From: Octopus sinensis
Taxonomy: Eukaryota
Reading direction: 5' to 3'
Assembly (NCBI RefSeq): GCF_006345805.1
Contig: NC_043026.1
Location: forward strand, 14,549,579-14,613,578
Length of the DNA: 64,000 nucleotides
Each line of letters begins with the position of its first letter. Positions within the stretch are counted from its first letter, which is position 1. Positions 11,859-24,024 of the stretch are shown piece after piece. The translations under genes were made by a program, and so were the position numbers. The notes below the pieces were generated by a model. The model saw nothing but the letters and a program-made list of their open reading frames with translations. It did not search any database and was not told the origin of the DNA.

Positions 11859-12862
11859 GTGTGCCGGTGGCATGTAAAAAGCATCATCTGAACGTGGCCG
11901 ATGCCAGCGCCGCCTTGACTGGCTTCTGTGCCGGTGGCACGTAAAAAGCATCATCCGAACGTGGCCGATGCCAGCGCCGCCTTGACTGGCTTCTGTGCCG
12001 GTGGCACGTAAAAAGCATCATCCGAACGTGGCCGATGCCAGCGCCGCCTTGACTGGCTTCTGTACCGGTGGCACGTAAAAAGCATCATCCGAACGTGGCC
12101 GATGCCAGCGCCGCCTTGACTGGCTTCTGTGCCGGTGGCACGTAAAAAGCATCATCCGAACGTGGCCGATGCCAGCGCCGCCTTGACTGGCTTCTGTACC
12201 AGTGACACGTAAAAAGCACCATCCGACTGTGGCCGATTGCAGCGCCGCCTTGACTGGCTTCTGTGCCGGTGGCACGTAAAAAGCATCATCCGAACGTGGC
12301 CGATGCCAGCGCCGCCTTGACTGGCTTCTGTACCGGTGGCACGTAAAAAGCACTATCTGAACATGGCCGATGCCAGCTCCGCCTTGACTGGCGTCTGTAC
12401 AAGTGGCACGTAAAAAATGAGCACGTAAAAAGCACCATCCGACTGTGGCCGATGTCAGCACCGCCTGGACTGGCTTCTGTGCCGGTGGCACGTAAAAAGC
12501 AACATCCGAACGTGGCCGATGCCAGCACCGCCTTGACTGGCTTCTGTACCGGTGGCACGTAAAAAGCAACATCCGAACGTGGCCGATGCCAGCGCCGCCT
12601 TGACTGGCTTCTGTGTCGGTGGCATGTAAAAAGCACCAACCTATCGCGGCCGCTGCCAGACTTCCCTGGCACTTGTGCCGGTGGCACCTAAAAAGCACCC
12701 ACTACACTCACGGAGTGGTTGGCGTTAGGAAGGGCATCAAGCTGTAGAAACACTGCCAGATCAGACTGGAGCCTGGTGCAGCCTCCTGGCTTCCCAGACG
12801 CCGGTCGAACCGTCCAACCCATGCTAGCACGGAAAACGGACGTTAAACGATGATGATGATGA
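11858..12862 (+). mobile_element. Repeat D with ~12 copies of a 67-bp VNTR unit and (GAT)n tail
   Basis: Unit gtgccggtggcacgtaaaaagcatcatccgaacgtggccgatgccagcgccgccttgactggcttct; ends acgttaaacgatgatgatgatg. Confidence 0.9.
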
Positions 12863-12933
12863 AATGTGCATGTATATGTAAAAAAGTTACAAAAGTGAGG
12901 CAAAGGCCCAAGAATTCTGTGCTGGACACTTAG

Positions 12934-13320
12934 TGGAAGCACTCCGTCGGTTACGACGACGAGGGTTCCGGTTGATCCGAATCAACGGAACAGCCTGCTC
13001 GTGAAATTAACGTGTAAGTGGCTGAGCACTCCACAAACACGTGCACCCTTAACGTAGTTCTCGGGGATATTCAGCGTGACAACAGAGAGTGACAAGGCCG
13101 GCCCCTTTGAAATACAGGTACAACAGAAACAAGAAGTAAGAGTGAGAGAAAGTTGTGGTGAAAGAGTACAGCAGGGATTACCACCATCCCCTGCCGGAGC
13201 CTTGTGGAGCTTTTAGGTGTTTTCGCTCAATAAACACTCACAACGCCCAGTCTGGGGATCGAAACCGCGATCCTATGACCGCGAGTCCGCTGCCCTAATC
13301 ACTGGGCCATTGCGCGTCCA
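12934..13320 (-). mobile_element. Full-length SINE C
   Basis: 13-bp TSD tgctggacactta at 12920-12932 and 13322-13334. Confidence 0.9.
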
Positions 13321-14025
13321 CTGCTGGACACTTACCAGTTTGATAAAGGCCATGCATGAAACTCTCATCACTTGATTTATGAATACATACTAAACTCTAA
13401 AACACATGTATTGAGTTCTATTTCCCTTCTTTCTTATGCCAGATCTATATACATATTTACATAAGTTGACATATACATATACTTATACATGTGTGTATGA
13501 GTTTGTGTAAATATGCAAATATGCGTTGTGTTTGTATTTATATATACTTTTATGTATGTATATATGAATATATATACACATGCATACATATGTACATGTA
13601 CTTATATATGTGTGTATGAGTTTGTGTAAATATGCAAATATGTGTGTTGTGTTTGTATTTATATATACTTTTATTTATGTATATATAAATATATATACAC
13701 ATGCATCTATACATGAGTAAATATGTGTGTGAGTGTGTATTCACATCATTGCATACATGCATACACACACGTGATTGCATATGTGTGTATGTGTGTATAC
13801 ATACATATAAACATATCTCTTCAAATATTTGTATATGTGTTTGTATATGCATTGAGGACACAGCTGTGCCTGACTATTTTTTTAATTAAATTGTTTCATA
13901 TTTATTTGTCCGTTCTGTTTAGTTTGAACTAATGGCCTTCCTAAGTTCATAAATATTTCAAAACCTTCTTTGTATTTTCTTCCATAGTAAAATCATTCTT
14001 GTTTAGCCACTGGTTAGCTTATATT

Positions 14026-14860
14026 AAGGCGGTGAGCTGGCAGACTCGTTAGCGCACCGGGTGAAATGCTTATCGGTATTTTGTCTGAGTTCAAATTCCG
14101 CTAGGGTCGACTTTGCCTTTCATCCTTTTGAGGTTGATAAATTAAGTAAATCGGTATTTCGTCTGCCGCTACATTCTGAGTTCAAATTCCGCCAAGGTCG
14201 ACTTTGCCTTTCATCCTTTCGGGGTCGATAAATTCAGTACCAGTTATGCACTGGGGTCAATATAATCGACTTAATCCTTTTGTCTGTCCTTGTTTGTCTC
14301 CTCTATGTTTAGCCCTTTGTGGGCAATAAAGAAATAGGTATTTCATCTGCCGCTACGTTCTGAGTTCAAATTCCGCCAAGGTCGACTTTGCCTTTCATCC
14401 TTTTGGGGTCGATAAATTAAGTACCAGTTATGCACTGGGGTCAATATAATCGACTTAATCCCTTTGTCTGTCCTTGTTTGTCCCCTCTATGTTTAGCCCT
14501 TTGTGGGCAATAAAGAAATATGTATTTCATCTGCCGCTACGTTCTGAGTTCAAATTCCGCCAAGGTCGACTTTGCCTTTCATCCTTTCGGGGTCGATAAA
14601 TTAAGTACCAGTTATGCACTGGGGTCAATATAATCGACTTAATCCGTTTGTCTGTCCTTGTTTGTCCCCTCTATGTTTAGCCCCTTGTGGGCAATAAAGA
14701 AATAGGTATTTCGTCTGTTGTTACGTTCTGAGTTCAAATTCCACCAAGGTCGACTTTGCCTTTCATCCTTTCGGGGTCGATAAATTAAGTACCAGTTACG
14801 CACTGGGGTCGATGTAATCGACTTAATACCTATGTCTGTCCTTGTTTAGCCCCACTATGT
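14026..14860 (+). mobile_element. SINE B multimer (head plus ~4 units of ~184 bp)
   Basis: Head aaggcggtgagctggcaga…ttagc; B-box-like gagttcaaattcc. Units restart at ggtatttc (~14153, 14337, ~14520, ~14705). Confidence 0.9.
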
Positions 14861-15049
14861 TTTCTAGTACTGCTTGATGATCTACTTTCATTAATCGTTT
14901 GTCAAATTTCCAGCCACACAATAAAATATCTGAAATTAGGATTGATTATTTTATTGGAGAAAGAACTAATTAAAAAGGACATAGAATTAGCGAATTCTTA
15001 TCCTAAAAAAGAAATAGAGAAAAGAAAAGAGCATTCCACTCATATTAAG

Positions 15050-15111
15050 CTACTGTATACCTACTTTTGCCCATGCCTTAATATTGTACACATACACACA
15101 CACATATATAG

Positions 15112-15143
<32 letters not shown>

Positions 15144-15344
15144 CTCTGTGTCTGTTTAGCTACTACACATATTTTTTCTCTCCTTGTTTCTCTCCTTGTT
15201 TTTTTTCTGTGTCCCTTTCTGTAGAAGAGCGTAGGCTCAAAACATAAAAGACTTTTTCTATTCCTGAGCGTTATACTAATACATCTGTTTGTTTGTACAC
15301 CACTTGTCTTCGTCTTTTGTTTATTTTCGTAAACCTTCCCTTTA

Positions 15345-15345
<1 letters not shown>
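15050..15345 (+). mobile_element. Penelope-like terminal-repeat fragment with a degenerate hammerhead motif (15211-15252)
   Basis: cttt-ctgtaga-a-gagcgtaggctc-aaaa-cata-aaag shares its architecture and the downstream ttcctgagc with the 39-41 kb array. Confidence 0.5.
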
Positions 15346-15379
<34 letters not shown>

Positions 15380-15382
<3 letters not shown>

Positions 15383-15585
15383 AGCTCTGTCTGGCACCTG
15401 TGCGGGTGGCACGTAAAAAGCACCCACTACACTCACGGAGTGGTTGGCGTTAGGAAGGCCATCCAGCCGTAGAAACACTGCCAGATCTGACTGGGCCTGA
15501 TGAAGCCTTCCGGCTTCACAGACCCCAGTTGATCCGTCCAACTCATGCTAGTATGGATAACGGACGCTAAATGATGATGATGATA
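15380..15585 (+). mobile_element. Repeat D, short 3' fragment
   Basis: gtggcacgtaaaaagcacccactacactc…acgctaaatgatgatgatgat. Confidence 0.85.
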
Positions 15586-15618
15586 TATATATATAACATA
15601 ACATATATATATATATAT

Positions 15619-15914
15619 AACTATAACATTGGTATCATTTAGGATTAAATTGGTTCGGATATAATTTCAGGTGTTCTAAGAAAAAATATTTGGCATTTAT
15701 AAAATATGAGGCATATAAAAAAAGACTATATTGTTTTCAACAAACCCTTTCGAGGATGTTGTTTCCTCAAATTTGTGTATGTGTATATATGCATGAAAAC
15801 AATATAGTCTTTTTTTATATGCCTCATATTTTATAAATACCAAATATTTTTTCTTAGAACACCTGAAATTATATCCGAAACAATTTAATCCTAAATGATA
15901 CCAATGTTATAGTT
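15619..15914. repeat. Near-perfect 121-bp inverted repeat (foldback/MITE)
   Basis: 15619-15739 is the reverse complement of 15794-15914 with two mismatches by eye; 54-bp spacer. Confidence 0.9.
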
Positions 15915-16015
15915 TTTCTCTGTACTACCTCTAGAAAACATTAACGTAGTATAACATTACACCACTCATGTTTACTTGTCTTTCAACCACCTCCCTTACA
16001 TAAACTTTTACAAAC

Positions 16016-16410
16016 ATAGGTGTAGGAGTGGCTGTGTGGTAAGTAGCTTGCTAACCAACCACATGGTCCCGGGTTCAGTCCCACTGCGTGGCACCTTGGG
16101 CTAGTGTCTTCTACTATAGCCTCGGGCCAACCAAAGCCTTGTGAGTGGATTTGGTAGACGGAAACTGAAAGAAGCCCGTCATATATACGTATATATATAT
16201 ATATATATTATATATATATATATATATATACCGGAGTAAACACATAAATGTGAAACAAGGTGGAAAAAAGAGTACTCAAATACCAGTGGTAGAGTAATAT
16301 GCTTTATTTAAAGCAGCAGAAAATTCAACAAAACCTGTTACTGTCCGATGAACGGCAACGGGAAACTCAGAGTAACAGGTTTTGTTGAATTTTCTACTGC
16401 TTTAAATAAA

Positions 16411-16458
<48 letters not shown>

Positions 16459-16668
16459 TTGTGTGTCTGTGTTTGTCCTCCCAACATGACTTGACAACAT
16501 GCTGGTGTGTTTACGTTCCCTGTAACTTAGCGGTTCGGCAAAAGAGACCGATAGAATAAGTACTAGGCTTCCAAAGAATAAGTCCTGGGGTCGATTTGCT
16601 TGACTAAAGGCGGTGCTCCAGCATGGCTGCAGTCAAAATGGCTGAAACAAGTAAAAGAGTAAAAGAAT
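16016..16668 (+). mobile_element. SINE A split in its central microsatellite by a Penelope-like insert (16231-16411)
   Basis: Head at 16016-16190 and tail at ~16445-16668, with an unrelated sequence containing a 41-bp inverted repeat between (TA)n tracts. Confidence 0.8.
16341..16378 (+). ncRNA. Candidate variant type I hammerhead ribozyme
   Basis: ctgt-CCGATGA-a-cg(gcaa)cg-g-GAAA-ctc-a-gag-T-A-acag: stem I ctgt/acag, GNRA-capped stem II, near-palindromic stem III, GUA site. U4C core change and an A-G mismatch closing stem II. Confidence 0.5.
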
Positions 16669-16821
16669 ATATTTAAACGCAAATTTAAACTTAAATTTAA
16701 ATATCATAATAAATAAATTTTTCAAATAGATTTGACGTTTTAGCTGCCTATCAATGTTCAATAGTAGTTGAATTTTAAGTAATAAATTTCTAATCACATG
16801 GACTCTGCGTCCTAATAATTT

Positions 16822-17037
16822 ACTCTTTTACTTGTTTCAGTCATTTAACTGCGGCCATGCTGGAGCACCGCCTTTAGTCGAGCAACTCGACCCTGGGACT
16901 TATTCTTTGTAAGCCCAGTACTTATTCTATCGGTCTCTTTTGCCGAACCGCTAAGTGACGGGGACGTAAACACATCAGCATCGGTTGTCAAGCAATGCTA
17001 GGGGGACAAACACAGACACACAAACACACACACACAC

Positions 17038-17068
<31 letters not shown>

Positions 17069-17235
17069 CATATATACGACAGGCTTCTTTCAGTTTCCGT
17101 CTACCAAATCCACTCACAAGGCATTGGTCGGCCCGAGGCAATAGCAGAAGACACTTGCCCAATATGCCACGCAGTGGGACTGAACCCGGAACCATGTGGT
17201 TGGTTGGCAAGCTACTTACCACACAGCCACTCCTG
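16822..17235 (-). mobile_element. Full-length SINE A
   Basis: Same head, centre and tail as the other A copies. Confidence 0.9.
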
Positions 17236-17346
17236 TTTGTAGTCCTCAAATAAGTCATTTTGTAATTCAAGACTGAAAATATACTTATTTTTCCTGACGA
17301 TATCCAACAATATTTCGTCTATTACAGCTATAAAAGCTACAATTAT

Positions 17347-17560
17347 GTTTGTGTGTCTGTGTTTGTTCCCCCAACGTTGCTTGGCAACCAATGTTGGTGT
17401 GTTTACGTACCCGTAACTTAGCAGTTTGGCAAAACAGACTGATAGAATAAGTACTAGGCTTAGAGAGAATAAGTCCTAGGGTCGATTTGCTTGACTTAAA
17501 GGCAGTGCTCTAGCGTGGCCAAAGTCAAATGACTGAAACAAGTAAAAGAGTAAAAGAATA
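17347..17560 (+). mobile_element. SINE A 3' half (diverged)
   Basis: gtgtgtctgtgtttgttccccc…actgaaacaagtaaaagagtaaaaga. Confidence 0.8.
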
Positions 17561-17562
17561 AA

Positions 17563-18020
17563 AATACATACATACATACACACACACATACATACATACA
17601 CACACATACATACACACATTAATACACACACACACATACATACATACATACATACATACATACATACATACATACATACATACATACATACTTACATACA
17701 TACATACACACACACATACATACATACACACATACAAACATACACACACATACATACATACACACACATACATACACACACATACATACATACATACATA
17801 CACACATTAATACACATACATACATACATACTAACAAACATACATACATACATAAACACATACATACATACATACATACACACATACAAACATACACACA
17901 TACATACACACACACACATACACACACACATACATACATACACAAATACATACATACACACGCACATACATACATACACACACACACACACATACATACA
18001 TACATACATACGTACATACG
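17563..18020. repeat. (TACA)n/(CA)n microsatellite
   Basis: Direct inspection. Confidence 0.95.
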
Positions 18021-18397
18021 TGTCTGTCTATGTATACCTACCAATAGCTGTCTCATATTTTGCTATTTTAAACTCTCGCCTAAGGCAAAGTATTCTGAAT
18101 GTAATTCAAAATCTGTCAATATTGCAAGCAGACCTCTGCAGATAGTTTTGGAAACAAAAGCCAGTTGACAGTTTGAACACCGTTGGTGGTTGTGGGGTCA
18201 GTGTGTGTCATTGTTTTGTTATCATTGCTGCTGTGTTCATTGTTGAAAGACATGATTGGTGAGAGTTTGTGGTTGTTACTGTTGGTAGCAAACATTTTTC
18301 CTGCTGTTAATGAAGGTGGTTGAGGTGATTGTGGCAATTAGTTCTGTCAATGTGGTCTTGGTGGTAATTTATGATATTCTTTGTATTGTTGGTTTAA

Positions 18398-19255
18398 CCC
18401 TTTCATGACCAACCCGGCTATAACCGGTTCTGGCTCTGAGTAAAAATGTCTTGTTTTCATAAGTTTTGAATTAAAATCTCCCACCAAATCTTAGTCACAA
18501 TTTATGTTCCTAACACTAGCTTAATGATAACGAAGTTATTTTACTAAATTCTTTGTTATATTTAAAGTGATTGAAAGAAACACAAAACATCTCAACAGAA
18601 ATATAGTAACAAAAGGGTTAAGCCAATATTACAAAGCCATCTTTAAATGGTGTTATCCAAATTACACGACCTACCCACTTTAACTTTTCATAAATTGTAT
18701 ATATTTACCTTTTTTAATACTCTATCTTCATTCAAATATTCTTCGTAAGCATTACTATACTTAAAACAAATTTCAACTCCTTAACCCTTTCTTTACCAAC
18801 CCAGCTGAAACCGGCTCTGTCTCTTAGTACAAATGTCTTGTTTTCATAAGTTTTGAATTAAAATCTTCCACCAAACCTTAGTCACAATTTATGTTCCTAA
18901 CACTAGCTTAATGATAACTAAGTTATTTTACTAAATTCTTTGTTATATTTAAAATTAATTGAAAGAAGCACAGAACATCTCAACAGAAATATGGTAACAA
19001 AAGGGTTGAAATATACAATAGAGAAACAATTCTGAACCCTTTTTGGTACCAACCTGGTTGAAACCACTTCTGTCTCTGTAGTACAAATGTCTTGTTTTCA
19101 TAAGTTTTGAATTAAAATCTTCCACCAAACTTAGTCACAATTTGGTTCCTACACTAGCTGAATGATAACTAAGTTATTTTACTAAATTCTTTGTTATATT
19201 TAAAATAATTGAAAGAAACACAGAGCGTCTCAAAATCAATACAGTAACGAAAGGG
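18398..19255 (+). mobile_element. Three same-orientation piggyBac-like MITEs (~220 bp each)
   Basis: Copies at 18398-18617, 18785-19005 and 19037-19255. Each runs ccctt…aaggg, flanked by TTAA or a one-base variant, and they share internal sequence (aaatgtcttgttttcataagttttgaattaaaatc…). Confidence 0.85.
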
Positions 19256-19380
19256 TTAATGATGGTGACAATTATGTTCGTGGTTGTGATGTTGGTGGTG
19301 ATGATTGCAGTTTGGGTTGAAATGTTGGTTTTTCATGAATTTGGTGAAAGGTGGTTGTCGCATTGGGAGTAGTTGCTTTT

Positions 19381-19424
<44 letters not shown>

Positions 19425-19721
19425 TGTATCAGTGGTTGTTGTAGTAACTGTGTTTGTAGTAATTGTGGTTGTGGTCGTAGTAGTGGTGGTAATAGTAGTT
19501 AGTAATTGTGGTGTTTTTTGTAATTATTTCATTGAAGGCAGTGAGCTGGCAGAATCGTTAGCTCACAGAGTGAAATTCTCTGCAGTATTTTGATAGTCTT
19601 TAGAGTCTTGGTTGAAATTCATCCATTTGACATCAATGTAATCAACTTACCTGCCCTCAAAATTGCTGGCCTTGTTACAGGAAGTAACCTGCTAGCCACA
19701 TAAATTCTACCAGGAATAAGT

Positions 19722-20032
19722 AAGCACCATCTGATCGTGGCCGTTGCCAGCCTTGCCTGGCCCCCGTTGCTGGTGGCACATAAAAAGCACCATCCGTCCG
19801 TGGCCGTTTGCCAGCCCCGTCTGGCACCTGTGCGATTGGCACGTAAAAAGCACCCACTACACTCACGGAGTGGTTGGCGTTAGGAAGGGCATCCAGCCGT
19901 AGAAACACTGCCAGATCAGACTGGAGCCTGGTGCAGCCCCTGGCTTCCCAGACCCCAGTTGAACCGTCCAACCCATGCTAGCATGGAAAGCAGACGCTAA
20001 ATGATGATGATGATGATGATGATAATGATGAT
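19722..20032 (+). mobile_element. Repeat D 3' fragment
   Basis: aagcaccatc…ggttggcgttaggaagggcatcc…acgctaaatgatgatg. Confidence 0.85.
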
Positions 20033-20076
20033 GAGTCAAATCAATAACAACAACAATAATAATAATGATAATAATA

Positions 20077-21280
20077 AATCAGAGACTGAAGGGTTTATCA
20101 TAGCAGCCCAAGATCAATGCCTACCTACAAGAAGCTACCAGGTCAAAGTCTTAAAGAATGGCAGTAGCCCAACATGTCATGTATCATCATCATCATCATC
20201 GTCGTTTAACGTCCGTTCTCCATGCTAGCATGGGTTGGACGGTTCGACCGGGGATCTGGGAAGCCAGAAGGCTGAACCAGGCTCCGGTCTTATCTGGCAA
20301 TGTTTCTACAGCTGGATGCCCTTCCTAACGCCAACCACACCGTGAGTGTAGTGGGTGCTCTTTACGTGCCACCTGCACTGGTGCCAGGCGAGGCTGGCAT
20401 CGGCCACGGTCGGATTGGTGCATTTTACGTGCCACCTGCACGGAAGCCAGTCGAGGCGGCGCTGGCATCAGCCACGATTCGGATGGTTTTTTTTACGTGC
20501 CACCGACACGGAAGCCAGTCAAGGCGGTGCTGGCATCGGCCACGATTCGGATAGGGCTTTTTACATATCTCCAGTCCAGGGGTCCTTGTCCCTACAGAGT
20601 ATCTCAACAGGCATGATAGAGCAGTACAGTATTTTCACTGGGTAATTTGCAAAGATTTGGGTCTGCCCTATGATAAAATCTGGAAGGAACACAAACCACT
20701 GCCAGTGCTTGAAAATGACTACATCTCACACTTTTGAACTTTGCCATTCAAACTGACAGAAAGATAAATGCAAATATGCCAGACATTGTATTGAAAGACT
20801 TCAATAAAAATTCATGCCTCCTCATTGATATGACTGTCCCAATCAACATAAATATATCTGTCAAGACCTATCAAAAACTGAGCAAGTACAAAGATCTTGA
20901 AATAGAAATTGGCAAAATATGGAACCTTAAGACTAAAACAATACCTGTTGTCATAGGTGAATTAGGAATGATAGCAAAAGGGGCTGATTGCTACCTAGCT
21001 CAGATACCAGGAAATCCAAAAATGGCAGAAATTCGAAAGATAGTGCTCATGGGAACTGCTCATATCCTACGCAAAATACTTTCTATGTAATCTCAAGGTT
21101 TAAAACAAACATAATTTTCGTATGGTTTTTTTAGACATTCACTAGTACAACACCAAAAAAAAAAATATATAGCACATTAGGCATAACAACAACGTGAACT
21201 TCCAACCTGTTGTCTCTCGAGGTCTCTGAGTGAGACTTGGAGCCAACTTGTACAAATGTAAAGCAAAAGTCAAACATAGA
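20077..21280 (+). mobile_element. 5'-truncated RLE-type non-LTR retrotransposon (R4/Dong-like), copy 1, interrupted by repeat D (~20183-20565)
   Basis: TEGFIIAAQDQCLPTRSY, then EYLNRHDR; ORF 20734-21090 with PDIVLKDFNKNSCLLIDMTVP…KLSKYKDLEIEI…IPVVIGELG…VLMGTAHILRK (PD..D and K..Y restriction-like endonuclease motifs). Both ends lie in (TAA)n. Confidence 0.85.
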
Positions 21281-21297
21281 ATAATAATAATGATAAT

Positions 21298-21347
<50 letters not shown>

Positions 21348-21358
21348 TAATAATAATA

Positions 21359-21896
21359 CCCAATCGATATAAACGTATCTGTCAAGACCTATCAAAAACT
21401 GAGCAAGTATAAAGATCTTGAAATAGAAATTGGCAAAACATTGAACCTCAAGACTAAAACGATACTTGTTGTTATAGGTGAATTAGGAATGATAACAAAA
21501 GGGATTGATTGCTACCTAGCTCAGATACCAGGAAATCCAAAACTGAAAGAAATAAAAAATTAGTGCTCATATCCTATGTAAAATATTGGCTATGTAATCC
21601 CCAAAATATTCTAATCCGTAAACAATGTCAAGATACTTTTAAATGCACATAGCAGTAAACACCTTTTAGTGTCATCTTAACATCAGACTATAATCTTATA
21701 ATCAAATTACTTTTAAAGCAAACTTCTAATTTACTTGTTTTGACAGACACTCTCTAGAACAATACTCTGTGCAAAACCAAATATATGGCATCCTAGTCAT
21801 AACACCAACTTGAACTTCTAGCTTGTTGTCTCTTGAGGTCTCTGGGTGAGACTTGGAGTCAACTTGTACAAATAAAAAGCAAAAGCCAAACATAGA
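21359..21896 (+). mobile_element. R4/Dong-like LINE, copy 2 (short 3' end)
   Basis: Homologous to the C-terminal codons and terminal 3'UTR of copy 1; bounded by (TAA)n on both sides. Confidence 0.8.
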
Positions 21897-21901
21897 ATAA
21901 A

Positions 21902-21938
<37 letters not shown>

Positions 21939-22005
21939 TAATAATAATAATAATAATAATGATATAATAATAATAATAATTAATAATAATACAATAATAA
22001 TAATG

Positions 22006-22041
<36 letters not shown>

Positions 22042-22055
22042 AATAATAATGATAG

Positions 22056-22109
<54 letters not shown>

Positions 22110-22200
22110 TGATTAATAATAATAATAATAATAATAATAATGATAATAATAATAATAATAACAATAATAATAATAATAATAATAATAATGATAATAATAA

Positions 22201-22429
22201 GACTTAAACAATACCTGTTGTCATAGGTGCCCTGGGAATGATAGCAAAAGGGGCTGATTGCTACCTAACTCAGATACCAGGAAACCCAAAAATGGCAGAA
22301 GTTCAAAAGGTAGTGCTCATGGGGACTGCTCATATCCTACGCAAAATACTTTCTATGTAATCTCAGGGTTTAAAACAAACATAATTTCCGTCTTCTTTTT
22401 TTTAGACATTCACTAGTACAACACCAAAA
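22201..22429 (+). mobile_element. R4/Dong-like LINE, copy 3 (runs into the gap)
   Basis: Follows ~300 bp of (TAA)n. Encodes IPVVIGALGMIAKGAD…VQKVVLMGTAHILRKILSM*. Confidence 0.85.
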
Positions 22430-22529
22430 NNNNNNNNNNNNNNNNNNNNNNNNNNNNNNNNNNNNNNNNNNNNNNNNNNNNNNNNNNNNNNNNNNNNNNN
22501 NNNNNNNNNNNNNNNNNNNNNNNNNNNNN
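22430..22529. other. Assembly gap (100 N)
   Basis: Run of N. Confidence 1.
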
Positions 22530-23569
22530 ATATATATACATATATATATACATATACATATACATATATACATATATATATACATATACATATACATATA
22601 TACATATATATATAATACACATATATATACATATATATAAATATATATCTACACATATATATATGTATATATAAATGTATATATGTATATATATATATAT
22701 ATGTATATATATACATATATACACACATATATATATATATATACACATACACACACATATATATATACATGAGTATATGCATGTTTGTAACTATTTGTGT
22801 ATATATATGTGTGTTAGGCATTCTACTGTAAGGCTTTTAATTCTGATCGCCTCCAACTTACTTCGAGTGTGTTTATCTTAAGTACCTTATTATACTTTGT
22901 GTACTTTACTTAATTTAACTATGGTAACAAAGTCAAGTGCTGTCTTTGCTTTGTAATATATGGATGCATGAATAAGAGACCTATCAAGGCATAATTGTCT
23001 TTTGATTAGTTTAATTTATATTGAACAATATTGCTCTCCTACTCATCCTCTCTCTCTTTAACTGTGTCTTTATAACAGCATTTTCCTTCCTGCATAGTTA
23101 TAATCAATTTCTTTACTGTATGCTTTGTTAATTATATTTATTTCTCTATTGTATATTTTGTTTATGACACACATTTTACTTTTTATATTCTCTCTTCATG
23201 CTATATTTATATCAGCAACGGTAATTTGATTTTTGCGATGCAGAAACATTCCTCAAGAAATATCTTACACATCACATTCGCTCAAATAAATTTAATCACT
23301 ACAATTAATTTTTGTAAGTATTATAGAGTTACAAACATTTTCACTTGTGTCATGGAAACCGTGGCAGAGCAATGCTTCCCCAACCATGTAGTACTAGGCT
23401 CAGTCCCATCGCATGGCACCTTGACCGAGTGTCTTCTATTGCCCCCGCTTGAGGAAAGCCCTGTGAGCTAGATGGAAACTGAAAGAAGCCCATCGTATAA
23501 ACATATATGTGTGTGTGTATTTGTGTTTGTCCTCCACCACTAGTTGACAACTGGTATTGAACATTAGCG

Positions 23570-23957
23570 TGGCAGGCGAAATGCTTAGCGGTATTTTCTG
23601 CTTTGTCAGCGACAGATGGTGTGCAGGGGCACAGATATAAACAACATATAAGGCGGCGAGCTGGGAGAAACGTTAGCACGACGGGCGAAATGCTTGGCGG
23701 TATTGCGTCTGTCGTTGCGTTCTGAGTTCAAATTCCGCCGAGGTCGACTTTGCCTTTCATCCTTTCGGGGTCGATAAATTAAGTCCCAGTAATGCACTGG
23801 GGTCGATGTAATCGACTTAATCCATTTGTCTGTACTTGTTTGTCCACTCTGTGTTTAGCCTCTTGTGGGTGGTAAAGAAATAGGTATTTTGTCTGCCGTT
23901 ACATTCTGAGTTCAAATTTATCCACCGCACCCTGTGTATACGCACACACATACATAC

Positions 23958-24024
<67 letters not shown>

